IMG/VR virus record: IMGVR_UViG_3300032093_000109
Location: 1,314 to 65,313 of that record
Strand: one strand, 5' to 3'
Length of the DNA: 64,000 nucleotides
Source: a virus
Taxonomy: Duplodnaviria; Caudoviricetes
Part shown: positions 17,090 to 25,419 of the stretch, piece by piece
Numbering within the stretch: the stretch's first letter is position 1
How the letters are laid out: each line of letters opens with the position of its first letter
Program-made: the position numbers and the translations under genes
The notes under the pieces: model-generated
Database searches by the model: none
What the model was told of the DNA's origin: nothing
What the model saw: only the letters and a program-made list of their open reading frames with translations

Positions 17090-17171
17090 GCAGTCTGCGC
17101 AAGCGGGTTGCAGTGCTATTCTCCTTGTTGAGTTTGGCCCCGGTTGCAAGACTGGGGCCTCTTTTTTATTT
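17090..17171 (+). ncRNA. putative anti-Shine-Dalgarno sRNA
   Basis: Two GCAA-tetraloop hairpins with G-U pairs valid only on the + strand, a linker containing UUCUCCUUG, and a U-tract. Confidence 0.7.
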
Positions 17172-17176
17172 GGCTA

Positions 17177-17192
17177 TGTCCATTGTTAGACA
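17177..17192 (-). promoter_or_regulatory. operator-like motif B (TGTCwAACAmTGGACA), copy 1
   Basis: Reverse complement TGTCTAACAATGGACA matches the copies at 23802 and 34422. Confidence 0.6.
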
Positions 17193-17424
17193 AGGTTAAT
17201 TGGAATTTTTTATAATATAGGTGGGGGTAGGCGTTAATTAATTGAGGGGGTGGGGTGCTTTTTAATTGGTTGATTTGACAGCATTAGACAAAAATGGTGG
17301 GGGTGGTTATGGAACAGTGTTATTGTACAGCGCCACCACACACGCCCAAAAGGGGTTCCCCCCGGTGGGTGGGGGTCAGAACCGCCAAAATTACCAAACC
17401 GCAAAACTGCCAAAAAAGCTGGAA

Positions 17425-17433
17425 TGGTATAAT
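17425..17433 (+). promoter_or_regulatory. extended -10 early promoter
   Basis: TGGTATAAT upstream of the first rightward gene. Confidence 0.6.
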
Positions 17434-17515
17434 AGAGGCATCTAATCAAGGTGGTTAGGTAATAGGGACACGTTGTCCCTATTTGTTTTTGTTCTTTTCA
17501 ATTTGGAGTTTCATC

Positions 17516-17908
17516 ATGTCTCAATTCAAACCAGTCGTCGCCGCTTATCGCCAGTTCCTCAAGGCAGGCACAACCTACGGCACAGCCCTGCGCGACGTTG
17601 CCGCACAACTCAAAGGCGCATCGTGTCCCGAACTCATGCGAGAGCTGGCGACTGTTCACGCGGAGCATTTCGAGTGCAAGGTGTCGTGGTCAGGCAAAGG
17701 CGCGGCGCAGTTCTTCAAGGGTGCAGAGTATTCGTTCGAAGGGCGCTTTGATGCGGCCTACAAGTCTTGGCAACGCAACGTCTTGGTTCACTTCAGTGCG
17801 CCCAAGGAATCGTTCAAGACCGAAGCCGACCCTGTGGCCAAGATGATTAAGGCGATGGAAAAACTCACGCCAGCACAGCGCCGCAAAGTCTTGGCCGCTT
17901 TTCAGTGA
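17516..17908 (+). CDS. early hypothetical protein
   Basis: GGAG RBS then ATG 17516 (MSQFKPVV...); good codon bias. Confidence 0.7.
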   Translation: MSQFKPVVAAYRQFLKAGTTYGTALRDVAAQLKGASCPELMRELATVHAEHFECKVSWSGKGAAQFFKGAEYSFEGRFDAAYKSWQRNVLVHFSAPKESFKTEADPVAKMIKAMEKLTPAQRRKVLAAFQ

Positions 17909-17994
17909 CAGGGACAGCGTGTCCCTGTTTTCTTCCGCACAACTCAGAGCGTCTGGGTTGTGCGGTGTTTCAAAACCCGTCAAACGGAGAACCC

Positions 17995-18162
17995 ATGCAA
18001 CTCATCACAACCCTTGGTAGGGCATCGCTCTACCGCAAAGAGTCCTACAACAGCCGCACAACACCGCTCATCGAATGGGTCGTGCGTGTCGGGGACAAGA
18101 CGATGCGGGAGTGCCGCACCAAACGAGACGCCATGACATGGCTCAACATCTACAAGGATTAA
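17995..18162 (+). CDS. early hypothetical protein (55 aa)
   Basis: GGAG RBS, MQLITTLG... Confidence 0.6.
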   Translation: MQLITTLGRASLYRKESYNSRTTPLIEWVVRVGDKTMRECRTKRDAMTWLNIYKD

Positions 18163-18281
18163 GCACCATGCCCCAAAATCACCCAACCTTTATGCGTTCC
18201 TTGCATGACTGCATATCCATACAGTGGTTGCCGCGCTGTCCAGTATTCGTGACAGCAACTGGCAGATATAGCGGTCATCTA

Positions 18282-18507
18282 CAACCCGCATGAAACCTAG
18301 CGCCTGCCAAAAAGGTGGCTCTATATATATAAATTTATTTAATTAAAAGATATATATATACACCCCTTTTTGTTTTGCCACCTTCTTGCGGAGAAAGAAG
18401 CTCTCAGGCTTTTTGGTTTTTCTATTTCCCCAGCGGCATGTTCACCGAACCCAAAAACCCTGCAACCCGCATAAACACAGGGCTTCTAGCTTGCCGTGCA
18501 ACCCGCA
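18282..18507. other. putative replication origin
   Basis: 39-nt almost pure A/T tract at 18322-18360; CAACCCGCA repeats at 18282, 18463 and 18499; no credible ORF. Confidence 0.5.
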
Positions 18508-18620
18508 GTTAGTGGCAGCGTCACTGGCGCAGCGCCAGTAGGTGTCAGTACGTGTGACACTTAGCGGTACAATTCACCGCAGGGACAGCGTGTCCCTGTC
18601 CCACAAACCACGGAGCCCCC

Positions 18621-19364
18621 ATGAAAATCCAACCCGACGGCGACTTCGCCCTGCTCATACCCGACCCACACGATGAGGGCGTGAACCCACTCACGCTATG
18701 CCCCAAGTGCAACGCCTACAAACCGCCGAACAACTTCAAAGAGCACCTGACCAAGCTCCAAGCCCGCAAGCAAGGGTTTGCTGGAACCCACGCCGTAGAG
18801 ATAGAGCGCTCCATGTGCCTCGCGTGCCGCAACCCACGCAAGGAGTTCAACCCCATGAGCCTCAAAGAGATATCCAACGCCGTGTACTACGGGGTGATGA
18901 CCCAGTACGAGGCTGACGTGTTACGTGAGAAGCGAGCCAAGGCCCGCAGTATGACGAGCACCAACAACATGAGGGAGTACCACCACAACAAACGCAAGGA
19001 GGCGTGGCGCGGTGTTCGTTCCGTACTCAGAGCGGACTCCCAGTGGGCCAGCAATTTGCTACGCCTACTAAGCCGGACAGACAGGGGTAGCACCAAGCTC
19101 TACGCTTTCGTAACGCGTTACAGGGGCGTACTACATAAGCACATGAGTGAGAAGGTGTGGTCAATCATGCGCACCGGCCCCAACTTCGACATACCACCAC
19201 CCCCACGCAGACTCATCGAGTTACTGTCCGACCTGCCCGAGCCAGTCGGTGACCTGCGGGACGAGTGGTACATGAAGATACCTTACGAGCAGACGAACAG
19301 GATAAAGCCCCCTGCCTTAGTAAGGGAGGCGTTAGGTAACCTCGTCCTCCCCCAACCAGAGTAA
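18621..19364 (+). CDS. Zn-finger hypothetical protein
   Basis: CPKC...CLAC; GGAG RBS; bracketed by motif A copies. Confidence 0.7.
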   Translation: MKIQPDGDFALLIPDPHDEGVNPLTLCPKCNAYKPPNNFKEHLTKLQARKQGFAGTHAVEIERSMCLACRNPRKEFNPMSLKEISNAVYYGVMTQYEADVLREKRAKARSMTSTNNMREYHHNKRKEAWRGVRSVLRADSQWASNLLRLLSRTDRGSTKLYAFVTRYRGVLHKHMSEKVWSIMRTGPNFDIPPPPRRLIELLSDLPEPVGDLRDEWYMKIPYEQTNRIKPPALVREALGNLVLPQPE

Positions 19365-19449
19365 CAGCAGGGACAGCGTGTCCCTGTCCACAAGTAAAGC
19401 CGAAGTCGGTGCGGCTCTCAATCACCGACACATCAACTGGAGAATCATC

Positions 19450-19647
19450 ATGACCTATGCGTCAAGTATCAAGGAGAGAGAACTCGCCAAGCTCCGCACC
19501 CTGCGTGCTGAGTTCGCAGAGCGAGCAGAGATGAGCCGTCGCACGGATGAGTTCATGCGTAAGGCTGAGAAAGCGCAAGCACAGGACGAGCTGGACTGGG
19601 GCCGCATCAAGGCCACCAGCTACCGCCTCAGACTCAACAAACGATAA
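19450..19647 (+). CDS. early hypothetical protein
   Basis: GGAGAATCATC-ATG start. Confidence 0.65.
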   Translation: MTYASSIKERELAKLRTLRAEFAERAEMSRRTDEFMRKAEKAQAQDELDWGRIKATSYRLRLNKR

Positions 19648-19658
19648 GGAGAAAGCAA

Positions 19659-19865
19659 ATGACCACACTAACCGGACACCAGATAGAGGCGGCTCGCCTA
19701 TTGACCCTGCGCCAGATGTTGAACCTCGAAATCAAAGGACTGCACAAATCCCGAGGCCCGACTGCTTACTCAACGCTCAAGATGATGGGCTACAAGGGCT
19801 CACGACAAGACGTATTCAACGCGCTCACTGAGTGGCGCAACAACCTGATGGGAGAGACAGCATGA
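19659..19865 (+). CDS. early hypothetical protein
   Basis: AAGGAG RBS; L.LEIKG...SRG.TAY..LK. Confidence 0.65.
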   Translation: MTTLTGHQIEAARLLTLRQMLNLEIKGLHKSRGPTAYSTLKMMGYKGSRQDVFNALTEWRNNLMGETA

Positions 19866-20077
19866 AGAAGTTAGTGAAACTACCCGGCACCGACATATGG
19901 GTCAACCCTATCCATGTGGTGTATGTAGAGCAGAAGGAGCCGTACGAAAACTACGGCAACGCTGGAAGGGCGCGAGTGGAGGTGTGCATCACGATGTATG
20001 GCCGCTACCGCACAGTGGACGTATATGACACAACAGCCGCAAAGATTGTGGCACTCATCAATGGAGAGACAGCATGA
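19862..20077 (+). CDS. early hypothetical protein
   Basis: ATGA overlap inside the GGAGAGACAGCATGAA repeat; IWVNP.HVVYV. Confidence 0.6.
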   Translation: MKKLVKLPGTDIWVNPIHVVYVEQKEPYENYGNAGRARVEVCITMYGRYRTVDVYDTTAAKIVALINGETA

Positions 20078-20268
20078 AACTGACTGAATACCGCAACAAC
20101 CTGTATGGCGACCGAGGTAGTGACGTAGTGGGGGCGTTGCAGTTTGCCTACCGCCTGATTGACACACTACCCAAGCGTGACCGACTAACGGCCCTGACTG
20201 CAATGATGGTCGTGGTCAACACAATGGTCAACGCATCTGAAATCGAAACACCGAAGGAACGGAAATGA
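20074..20268 (+). CDS. early hypothetical protein
   Basis: ATGA-coupled at both ends. Confidence 0.6.
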   Translation: MKLTEYRNNLYGDRGSDVVGALQFAYRLIDTLPKRDRLTALTAMMVVVNTMVNASEIETPKERK

Positions 20269-20612
20269 AAACATCTGAACTGACAGGAGCCGCTCTCGAC
20301 TGGGCGGTGGCGAAATGCGAGGGGCGCGGCATAGAGTTTGACGACCCACGCGACCCATGGCTGACCCGTGACGGCATCGCAGACCAGCCGCTCCACAGCT
20401 ACACACCATCAACCGACTGGGCACAAGGCGGGCCGATCATTGAGAGGGAGGGCATCAGCATTGGCGCTCATTTGGACGGGGGGGAATGGTTTGCCCGTGA
20501 TTATTGGGGCATGAATGAGCAAGCCGCAGAAAAGCCCCTGATTGCCGCCATGCGGTGCTACGTGGCATCCAAACTGGGCGACAACATCGACATACCGGAG
20601 GAACTCAAATGA
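20265..20612 (+). CDS. DUF2591/NinX-like protein
   Basis: LDWAVAKCEG...PSTDWAQGGPIIERE.I...PLIAAMRCYVASKLG. Confidence 0.75.
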   Translation: MKTSELTGAALDWAVAKCEGRGIEFDDPRDPWLTRDGIADQPLHSYTPSTDWAQGGPIIEREGISIGAHLDGGEWFARDYWGMNEQAAEKPLIAAMRCYVASKLGDNIDIPEELK

Positions 20613-20842
20613 ACTACGACCTCGACACAACAGAAGGCATGACCAACGCTGTGCAGTGGAACAACAAACAACTGGCACGCGTAGCCGATGGGGGTATCTG
20701 GATAGTCCCCCGCTCTGGCTTGATTGTCCGCATCGTGGATGGCATGCGCAAGGTGGCGTCTATCCGTGAGGGGCATACGCCTGACCCCAGTGTGCGCCGT
20801 GTCATGGTGGCCGCTGGCTGGACTGTGCAAGACGCCAAGTAA
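20609..20842 (+). CDS. early hypothetical protein
   Basis: GGAGG RBS, ATGA overlap; DGGIW.VPRSG. Confidence 0.6.
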   Translation: MNYDLDTTEGMTNAVQWNNKQLARVADGGIWIVPRSGLIVRIVDGMRKVASIREGHTPDPSVRRVMVAAGWTVQDAK

Positions 20843-20911
20843 TTCAGGGACAACGTGTCCCTATCCGTAGCCGATGCGGTTTCATCGGCACATCAACAGG
20901 AGATTTTCATC

Positions 20912-22417
20912 ATGGATACCATCCAAAACTACAACCTGCACTGCCTCATGACTGTGCTAAACCACAGCCGCACTTGGCACCATGTCCTGCAGTGCCGTTT
21001 CTACATACACCCCGTTGTGTATGACCTCATGACCACACGTGCTCGCCCTATCGACTGGCACCGTGTCGTGCTTGAGTGGCCTCACGTATCTGAGTCTGAC
21101 CCTACCCGCATCGCATACACACGTGACGAGAAGGGCGGTGAGTATGACCGACAGGTCGTGACATCCGTCAACAAGTATGTGCGTGAGCGCTGGGCGCATG
21201 CCGACTTGCCTGACCACGTGTTGCGTGAGATGGTCGATGCCTACAACGCCAAGCAGTCCAACACCTGCGAGTTTGTGCCTGACACTGCCAAGGACTACAT
21301 CAAGGTGGTGCAGACTGGGCCTCGCTCATGTATGCGTTGGGACAGCTACGATGAGGACGAGGAGGATGCCTGCACACGTGAGCACCCATACCGATGCTAT
21401 GACCCGCAGTATGGTTGGCGCATGGCTGTGCGTCGCAACGGACGCGATCAGTTTGTCGGTCGTGCCTTGGTGCTGGAGACCGACAAGCACAAGTGCTTCG
21501 TGCGTACGTTCAAGGCGGACAACGATAACCCCAACAACACGGGCTACTCACACTCGGACGAGAAGCTACAAGCGTGGCTCAAAGACCAAGGGTATGAGCA
21601 CTTCAACTCTTGGCCTGCTGGCACCAAGCTGTACACCGAGGAGGTGCGAAATGGCGATATGCTTGCACCCTACATTGACGGCGACAGGTACAACGCTGAC
21701 TTGGGGCAGAGCGACGGCGTCTACTACTGGCGCATCTCAGGCGATGGTGAGTACCAGCTGCGCGAGACCAACGGCACAGCCGAGTTCATCGAGAGCTGCA
21801 CCTGCGAGCACTGCGGCTCACGTGTCAGTGAGGATGACTTGCACGGCACCGGTGTTGACGGCGACTACTCTGTGTGCAGCAGTTGCCTCGACTCTGACTT
21901 CACATACGTGGACAACGTCTGCCGTTGGGGTGGTGCGTATATCAACAACGACGAGGTGGTGACAACAGTCGAGGGCGATGCCATCGTGCCCGGCTCACGC
22001 TCAGCTGAGGACTACGTGTGCCTTGACAACGGATGCCACGATGGTGATTACACGCACATCGACAACACCGTGTGCGACATTGACGGCAACTACTGGCACG
22101 ACGATGACGTGGGTGACGATGTGCTTCGCCTCGATGACGACAGCAAGCACAGCGGTGAGTACATTGACGCTGATGATGTTCACACCACTATGTGTGGCCG
22201 ACACTTCCACGACGATGACATTGGCGAGACCATCGTGCACCTTGAGTACGGCGTGCATGACGGCGAGACTGTGCTGATGGACGACACAGTGCTTGACTGC
22301 TACGGCGACCGCTGGCACAAGGATGACATCGGCACGTACCTCAAGCAGTCAGCCCTTGACGACAGCGTGTACGTTGACATCAGTCAGATTGAAATCACAG
22401 AAGGAGAAACCAAATGA
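20912..22417 (+). CDS. hypothetical enzyme-like domain plus Zn finger plus acidic His/Asp repeats
   Basis: GPRSCM...HPY..Y...GRALV...PYIDG; CEHC...CSSC; ~37-aa repeats containing (W/F)HxDDxG. Confidence 0.75.
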   Translation: MDTIQNYNLHCLMTVLNHSRTWHHVLQCRFYIHPVVYDLMTTRARPIDWHRVVLEWPHVSESDPTRIAYTRDEKGGEYDRQVVTSVNKYVRERWAHADLPDHVLREMVDAYNAKQSNTCEFVPDTAKDYIKVVQTGPRSCMRWDSYDEDEEDACTREHPYRCYDPQYGWRMAVRRNGRDQFVGRALVLETDKHKCFVRTFKADNDNPNNTGYSHSDEKLQAWLKDQGYEHFNSWPAGTKLYTEEVRNGDMLAPYIDGDRYNADLGQSDGVYYWRISGDGEYQLRETNGTAEFIESCTCEHCGSRVSEDDLHGTGVDGDYSVCSSCLDSDFTYVDNVCRWGGAYINNDEVVTTVEGDAIVPGSRSAEDYVCLDNGCHDGDYTHIDNTVCDIDGNYWHDDDVGDDVLRLDDDSKHSGEYIDADDVHTTMCGRHFHDDDIGETIVHLEYGVHDGETVLMDDTVLDCYGDRWHKDDIGTYLKQSALDDSVYVDISQIEITEGETK

Positions 22418-23760
22418 GCTACGCTACCAAACCAAACAAGACCACCAAGAAATCAACCAAGAAGGGTAACGCCATGAGCGCCAAGACCTACATCACCACG
22501 CCCACCGTCCTACAAACAGTGACATCAACCGTGACCACCCCTGTGTACAAACGGGCAACCCTGCAAGAGCGAGCGCTCTCTGCTGCTGACGTGACGCTGG
22601 CTCGCAAGTACGAGGGCTCCATGCTCATGACCACACTCGACAAGATGCTCAGCATGAAGCGTCCGCATGATGGGTTCAACGAGCGCAACGCGCTGGGCTA
22701 CATCCTGCGGGGCATCCCCGAGGGTGCTGCGTGGTCGTTCGATGAGGTGGGTAACCTGCACGTGGACTACCGAGCACACGCCACCAACCGAACGCTGTTC
22801 ACTGCACACGTGGACACTGTGCACCGTGACGACGGCATCAACCACATACGCAAGACCGACTCCGTGTGGTTTGCTGACGGCTCGCAGCTGGGCGCTGACG
22901 ATGGCTCGGGTATCGCCATGCTCATGCACTTGATGACCAACGAGGTGCGGGCCTACTACCTGTTCACTGTTGGCGAGGAGTGCGGCGGCATCGGTGCCAC
23001 ACACGTGGGCAAGCACAACACCGAGCTGCTCAGCCAGTTCGACCGAGCCATTGCCTTTGACCGCAGGGGTTCGAGCGACATCATCACGCATCAGTCGGGC
23101 GGTCGGTGTTCGTCCGATGCGTTTGCCCAAGCGCTCAGCGACAAGCTCAACGATGCCGGTATGCTCTACATGCCATGCGATGGCGGCGTGTACACCGACA
23201 CTGCCGAGTTCATCCGTGTCGTGCCTGAGTGCACCAACATCAGCATCGGTTACCTGTGCGAGCACAGCAGTGATGAGGCCCAAGACATCCTGCACCTGCG
23301 TGCGCTGGCTGACGCTGTGTTGTCGTTCGACTGGGACGAGTTGCCTACCGAGCGTGACCCGGCTGCTGTTGAGCCTGACTTGTATGCTGATTGGAAAGAC
23401 TACGGACACGCATGGGATACCAAGTCGAGCGGCAAGCAGCACGCATGGGACAAAGACAGTACGTGGGGCAAGTACAAAGAGTACGACGACAGTGAGTGGG
23501 CCAAGTACATCGCTGACGAGGACTATATGTACGAGGTCATTGACGCGCTGACTGAGGCAGAGCAGGGCAGCAAAGCCAACCTCGCCCGCATCATGGCCAA
23601 CGCTATCCTGCCTGACGACCCAGCTGAGGCCCTGCACTTCGTCAACCAGCACATCTCACAGTTGACGCCCGAGCTTATCGAGAGTGCGGCGACTTCGCTG
23701 TACCAAGGTATGGACGTGGACTCCGTGATGTGTGAGCTCTATGACGCCATCAGTAACTAA
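22414..23760 (+). CDS. M28/M20-clan zinc peptidase
   Basis: AHVDTV, LGADDGSG, GEECG, AFDRRG, YTDT, NISIGY..EH. Confidence 0.85.
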   Translation: MSYATKPNKTTKKSTKKGNAMSAKTYITTPTVLQTVTSTVTTPVYKRATLQERALSAADVTLARKYEGSMLMTTLDKMLSMKRPHDGFNERNALGYILRGIPEGAAWSFDEVGNLHVDYRAHATNRTLFTAHVDTVHRDDGINHIRKTDSVWFADGSQLGADDGSGIAMLMHLMTNEVRAYYLFTVGEECGGIGATHVGKHNTELLSQFDRAIAFDRRGSSDIITHQSGGRCSSDAFAQALSDKLNDAGMLYMPCDGGVYTDTAEFIRVVPECTNISIGYLCEHSSDEAQDILHLRALADAVLSFDWDELPTERDPAAVEPDLYADWKDYGHAWDTKSSGKQHAWDKDSTWGKYKEYDDSEWAKYIADEDYMYEVIDALTEAEQGSKANLARIMANAILPDDPAEALHFVNQHISQLTPELIESAATSLYQGMDVDSVMCELYDAISN

Positions 23761-23765
23761 GTTTG

Positions 23766-23793
23766 GAGGGGGGCTTGCGGCCCCTCTCTTTTT
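23766..23793 (+). terminator. intrinsic terminator
   Basis: GAGGGGGGC-TTGCG-GCCCCTCTC followed by a T-tract. Confidence 0.7.
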
Positions 23794-23817
23794 GTGTAGA
23801 ATGTCTAACACTGGACA
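23775..23817 (+). promoter_or_regulatory. promoter with operator-like motif B, copy 2
   Basis: TTGCGG...TAGAAT overlapping TGTCTAACACTGGACA (23802-23817). Confidence 0.6.
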
Positions 23818-23847
23818 TTCTTTCTTTAACCCCAAGGAGCTTTAGAA

Positions 23848-24534
23848 ATGGAAAACGCACTGCAACACGCACTCAAGAACGCCATGACAGGCGCAACAAA
23901 GCAATGGTTCGATGACGAGCCAGATACACAACCTCAAGCACTCAATCAAACACAGGAGAAATCAATCGTGCAAGCACCACAAACCCTTACCCTCGCACAG
24001 ACAGACAACACACAATCCCCCGAGCGCGGCTCACAAGTTCGAGCCGTCTACAAGATGCTTGTCGAGACACCCAAGGTGACGTGCTCTCAGTTAGAAAAGC
24101 GCGCCAGAGACATGGGCTACCCTTGGTTCGACAGCATCAGTGGCCAGCTCAAGTTGTTGTACGACCGAGGCTTGGTCATGCGTGTGAAGCTGCCGCCCGA
24201 AGGCACGGACTACAAGTCCTCATACCGTTACTGGCCCATAGCCATGACGCTTGATGAAGCAATGGCGAAGGTTAAGCAAGAGCGTGAGGCTAAGAGCAAG
24301 GCAGGTCTGGCAGGTCTCTCTATCAACAAAGAGAAAGCCAACAAAGAGAAAACTGTGCAGAGGTTGGTACCCAAGAAGAAGCCCGTGCCTACTGTTGAGC
24401 AGTTCGAGCAAGCGCAAGCCGCGCAACCCATCAAGATGCTTCGTGTAGGCGTTGACCCCAAGCATGTGGTCGAGAGTTTGTCGGTACGCGATGCGCGTGC
24501 CGTGTATGAAGAACTCAAGAAGTTGTTTTCCTAA
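23848..24534 (+). CDS. winged-helix-like DNA-binding protein
   Basis: SISGQLKLLYDRGLV.R wHTH-like segment; V.SLSV.DARA.Y.EL.K.F tail. Confidence 0.6.
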   Translation: MENALQHALKNAMTGATKQWFDDEPDTQPQALNQTQEKSIVQAPQTLTLAQTDNTQSPERGSQVRAVYKMLVETPKVTCSQLEKRARDMGYPWFDSISGQLKLLYDRGLVMRVKLPPEGTDYKSSYRYWPIAMTLDEAMAKVKQEREAKSKAGLAGLSINKEKANKEKTVQRLVPKKKPVPTVEQFEQAQAAQPIKMLRVGVDPKHVVESLSVRDARAVYEELKKLFS

Positions 24535-24546
24535 AAGGAGCGCACC

Positions 24547-25123
24547 ATGTACAAAATACCTAAACAAAACATCCCCAACGCTGACTACGTGTACCCACGC
24601 ACACTTGAGGAAGCCTTTGGCCCATACGAGCGATGGGGCGAGGTGGTCGAGAAAGATGCCCAACCAGAGATGGATTGGGAAGACAAAGCAGTCTTGTGGA
24701 TGGCCCCTGTTGTGGTGATCTTCTTGATTGTCTTGTTTGCCTTGGAGGTCGTATGAACGAAACCTGCCCTAAGTGCGATTCAGAAGAATACGACACGATC
24801 AAATGGTCGTGGCAACAAGGAGTTACACCTTACGACGACTACTACGTCTGCTGCTGTTGTCAGCATGAGTGGAGTGAGGAAGAAGTTGGAGAGCAACCAT
24901 GAAGTACCTCGCCGCAATCTGGCTGGTGCTGTCCGTCGTGATCGGCTACGAGCTGACTGGGATGGCGTTTACACGTGGCTTTGAACAAGGCTACGTCGAG
25001 GGGCAAGACCGGGCACTCATGTCCCCGCAAGCCTTGGAGACTTGTACAAAGTGGTGGTTCGATGGCAGTGAGCCACGGGCCAAGCAAGCAATGAATCAAT
25101 ACTGTGAAAGGAACAAGAAATGA
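24547..25123 (+). CDS. three small coupled genes (24547-24756 TM; 24753-24902 Zn ribbon; 24899-25123 signal/TM)
   Basis: ATGA overlaps, RBSs, YPRTLEEAFG, CPKC..C..C. Confidence 0.55.
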
Positions 25124-25407
25124 AAAAAGTTGAAAAATTCAATGTTCGCCTTGTCAACACGGGCGAGAGGTACGGGCTCGATGACTGTTTGGTCAACGAC
25201 AAAGCGCCGATGGTGGAGTTTTACGATTCGAGCTACGCAGGTTCTTCCTTTGGCGAGCGGGGGCAGTTTGTTTCGCGCTACTACGTGAGCACCCTGTTGG
25301 ATCGGCAACCCCTCGGGCTTTGCCTTGATGGCGGGGTGCCTGAGTGGTCGGTATCGGCCGCGGGGATGCAGCAGGTCGTTGAATACATTCAACAACCCAC
25401 TTTGTGA
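25120..25407 (+). CDS. hypothetical phage protein
   Basis: PMVEFYD...GQFVSRYY..TL...GL.LDGGVP.W. Confidence 0.65.
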   Translation: MKKVEKFNVRLVNTGERYGLDDCLVNDKAPMVEFYDSSYAGSSFGERGQFVSRYYVSTLLDRQPLGLCLDGGVPEWSVSAAGMQQVVEYIQQPTL

Positions 25408-25419
25408 CAGGAGAAAGAA

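Larger units (their letters stand above)
17464..20862. repeat. five dispersed palindromes AGGGACA-N3-TGTCCCT (motif A)
   Basis: Copies at 17464-17480, 17910-17926, 18581-18597, 19369-19385 and 20846-20862; all intergenic. Confidence 0.9.

Noticed and set aside
18075-18293. Small ORF MPQNHPTF...
   Set aside because: No RBS, atypical composition, and it runs into the putative origin
17464-20862. Palindromic repeats as a CRISPR array
   Set aside because: Spacing is 450-1480 bp with whole genes in between; the only Cas4-like gene is the usual replication-module exonuclease
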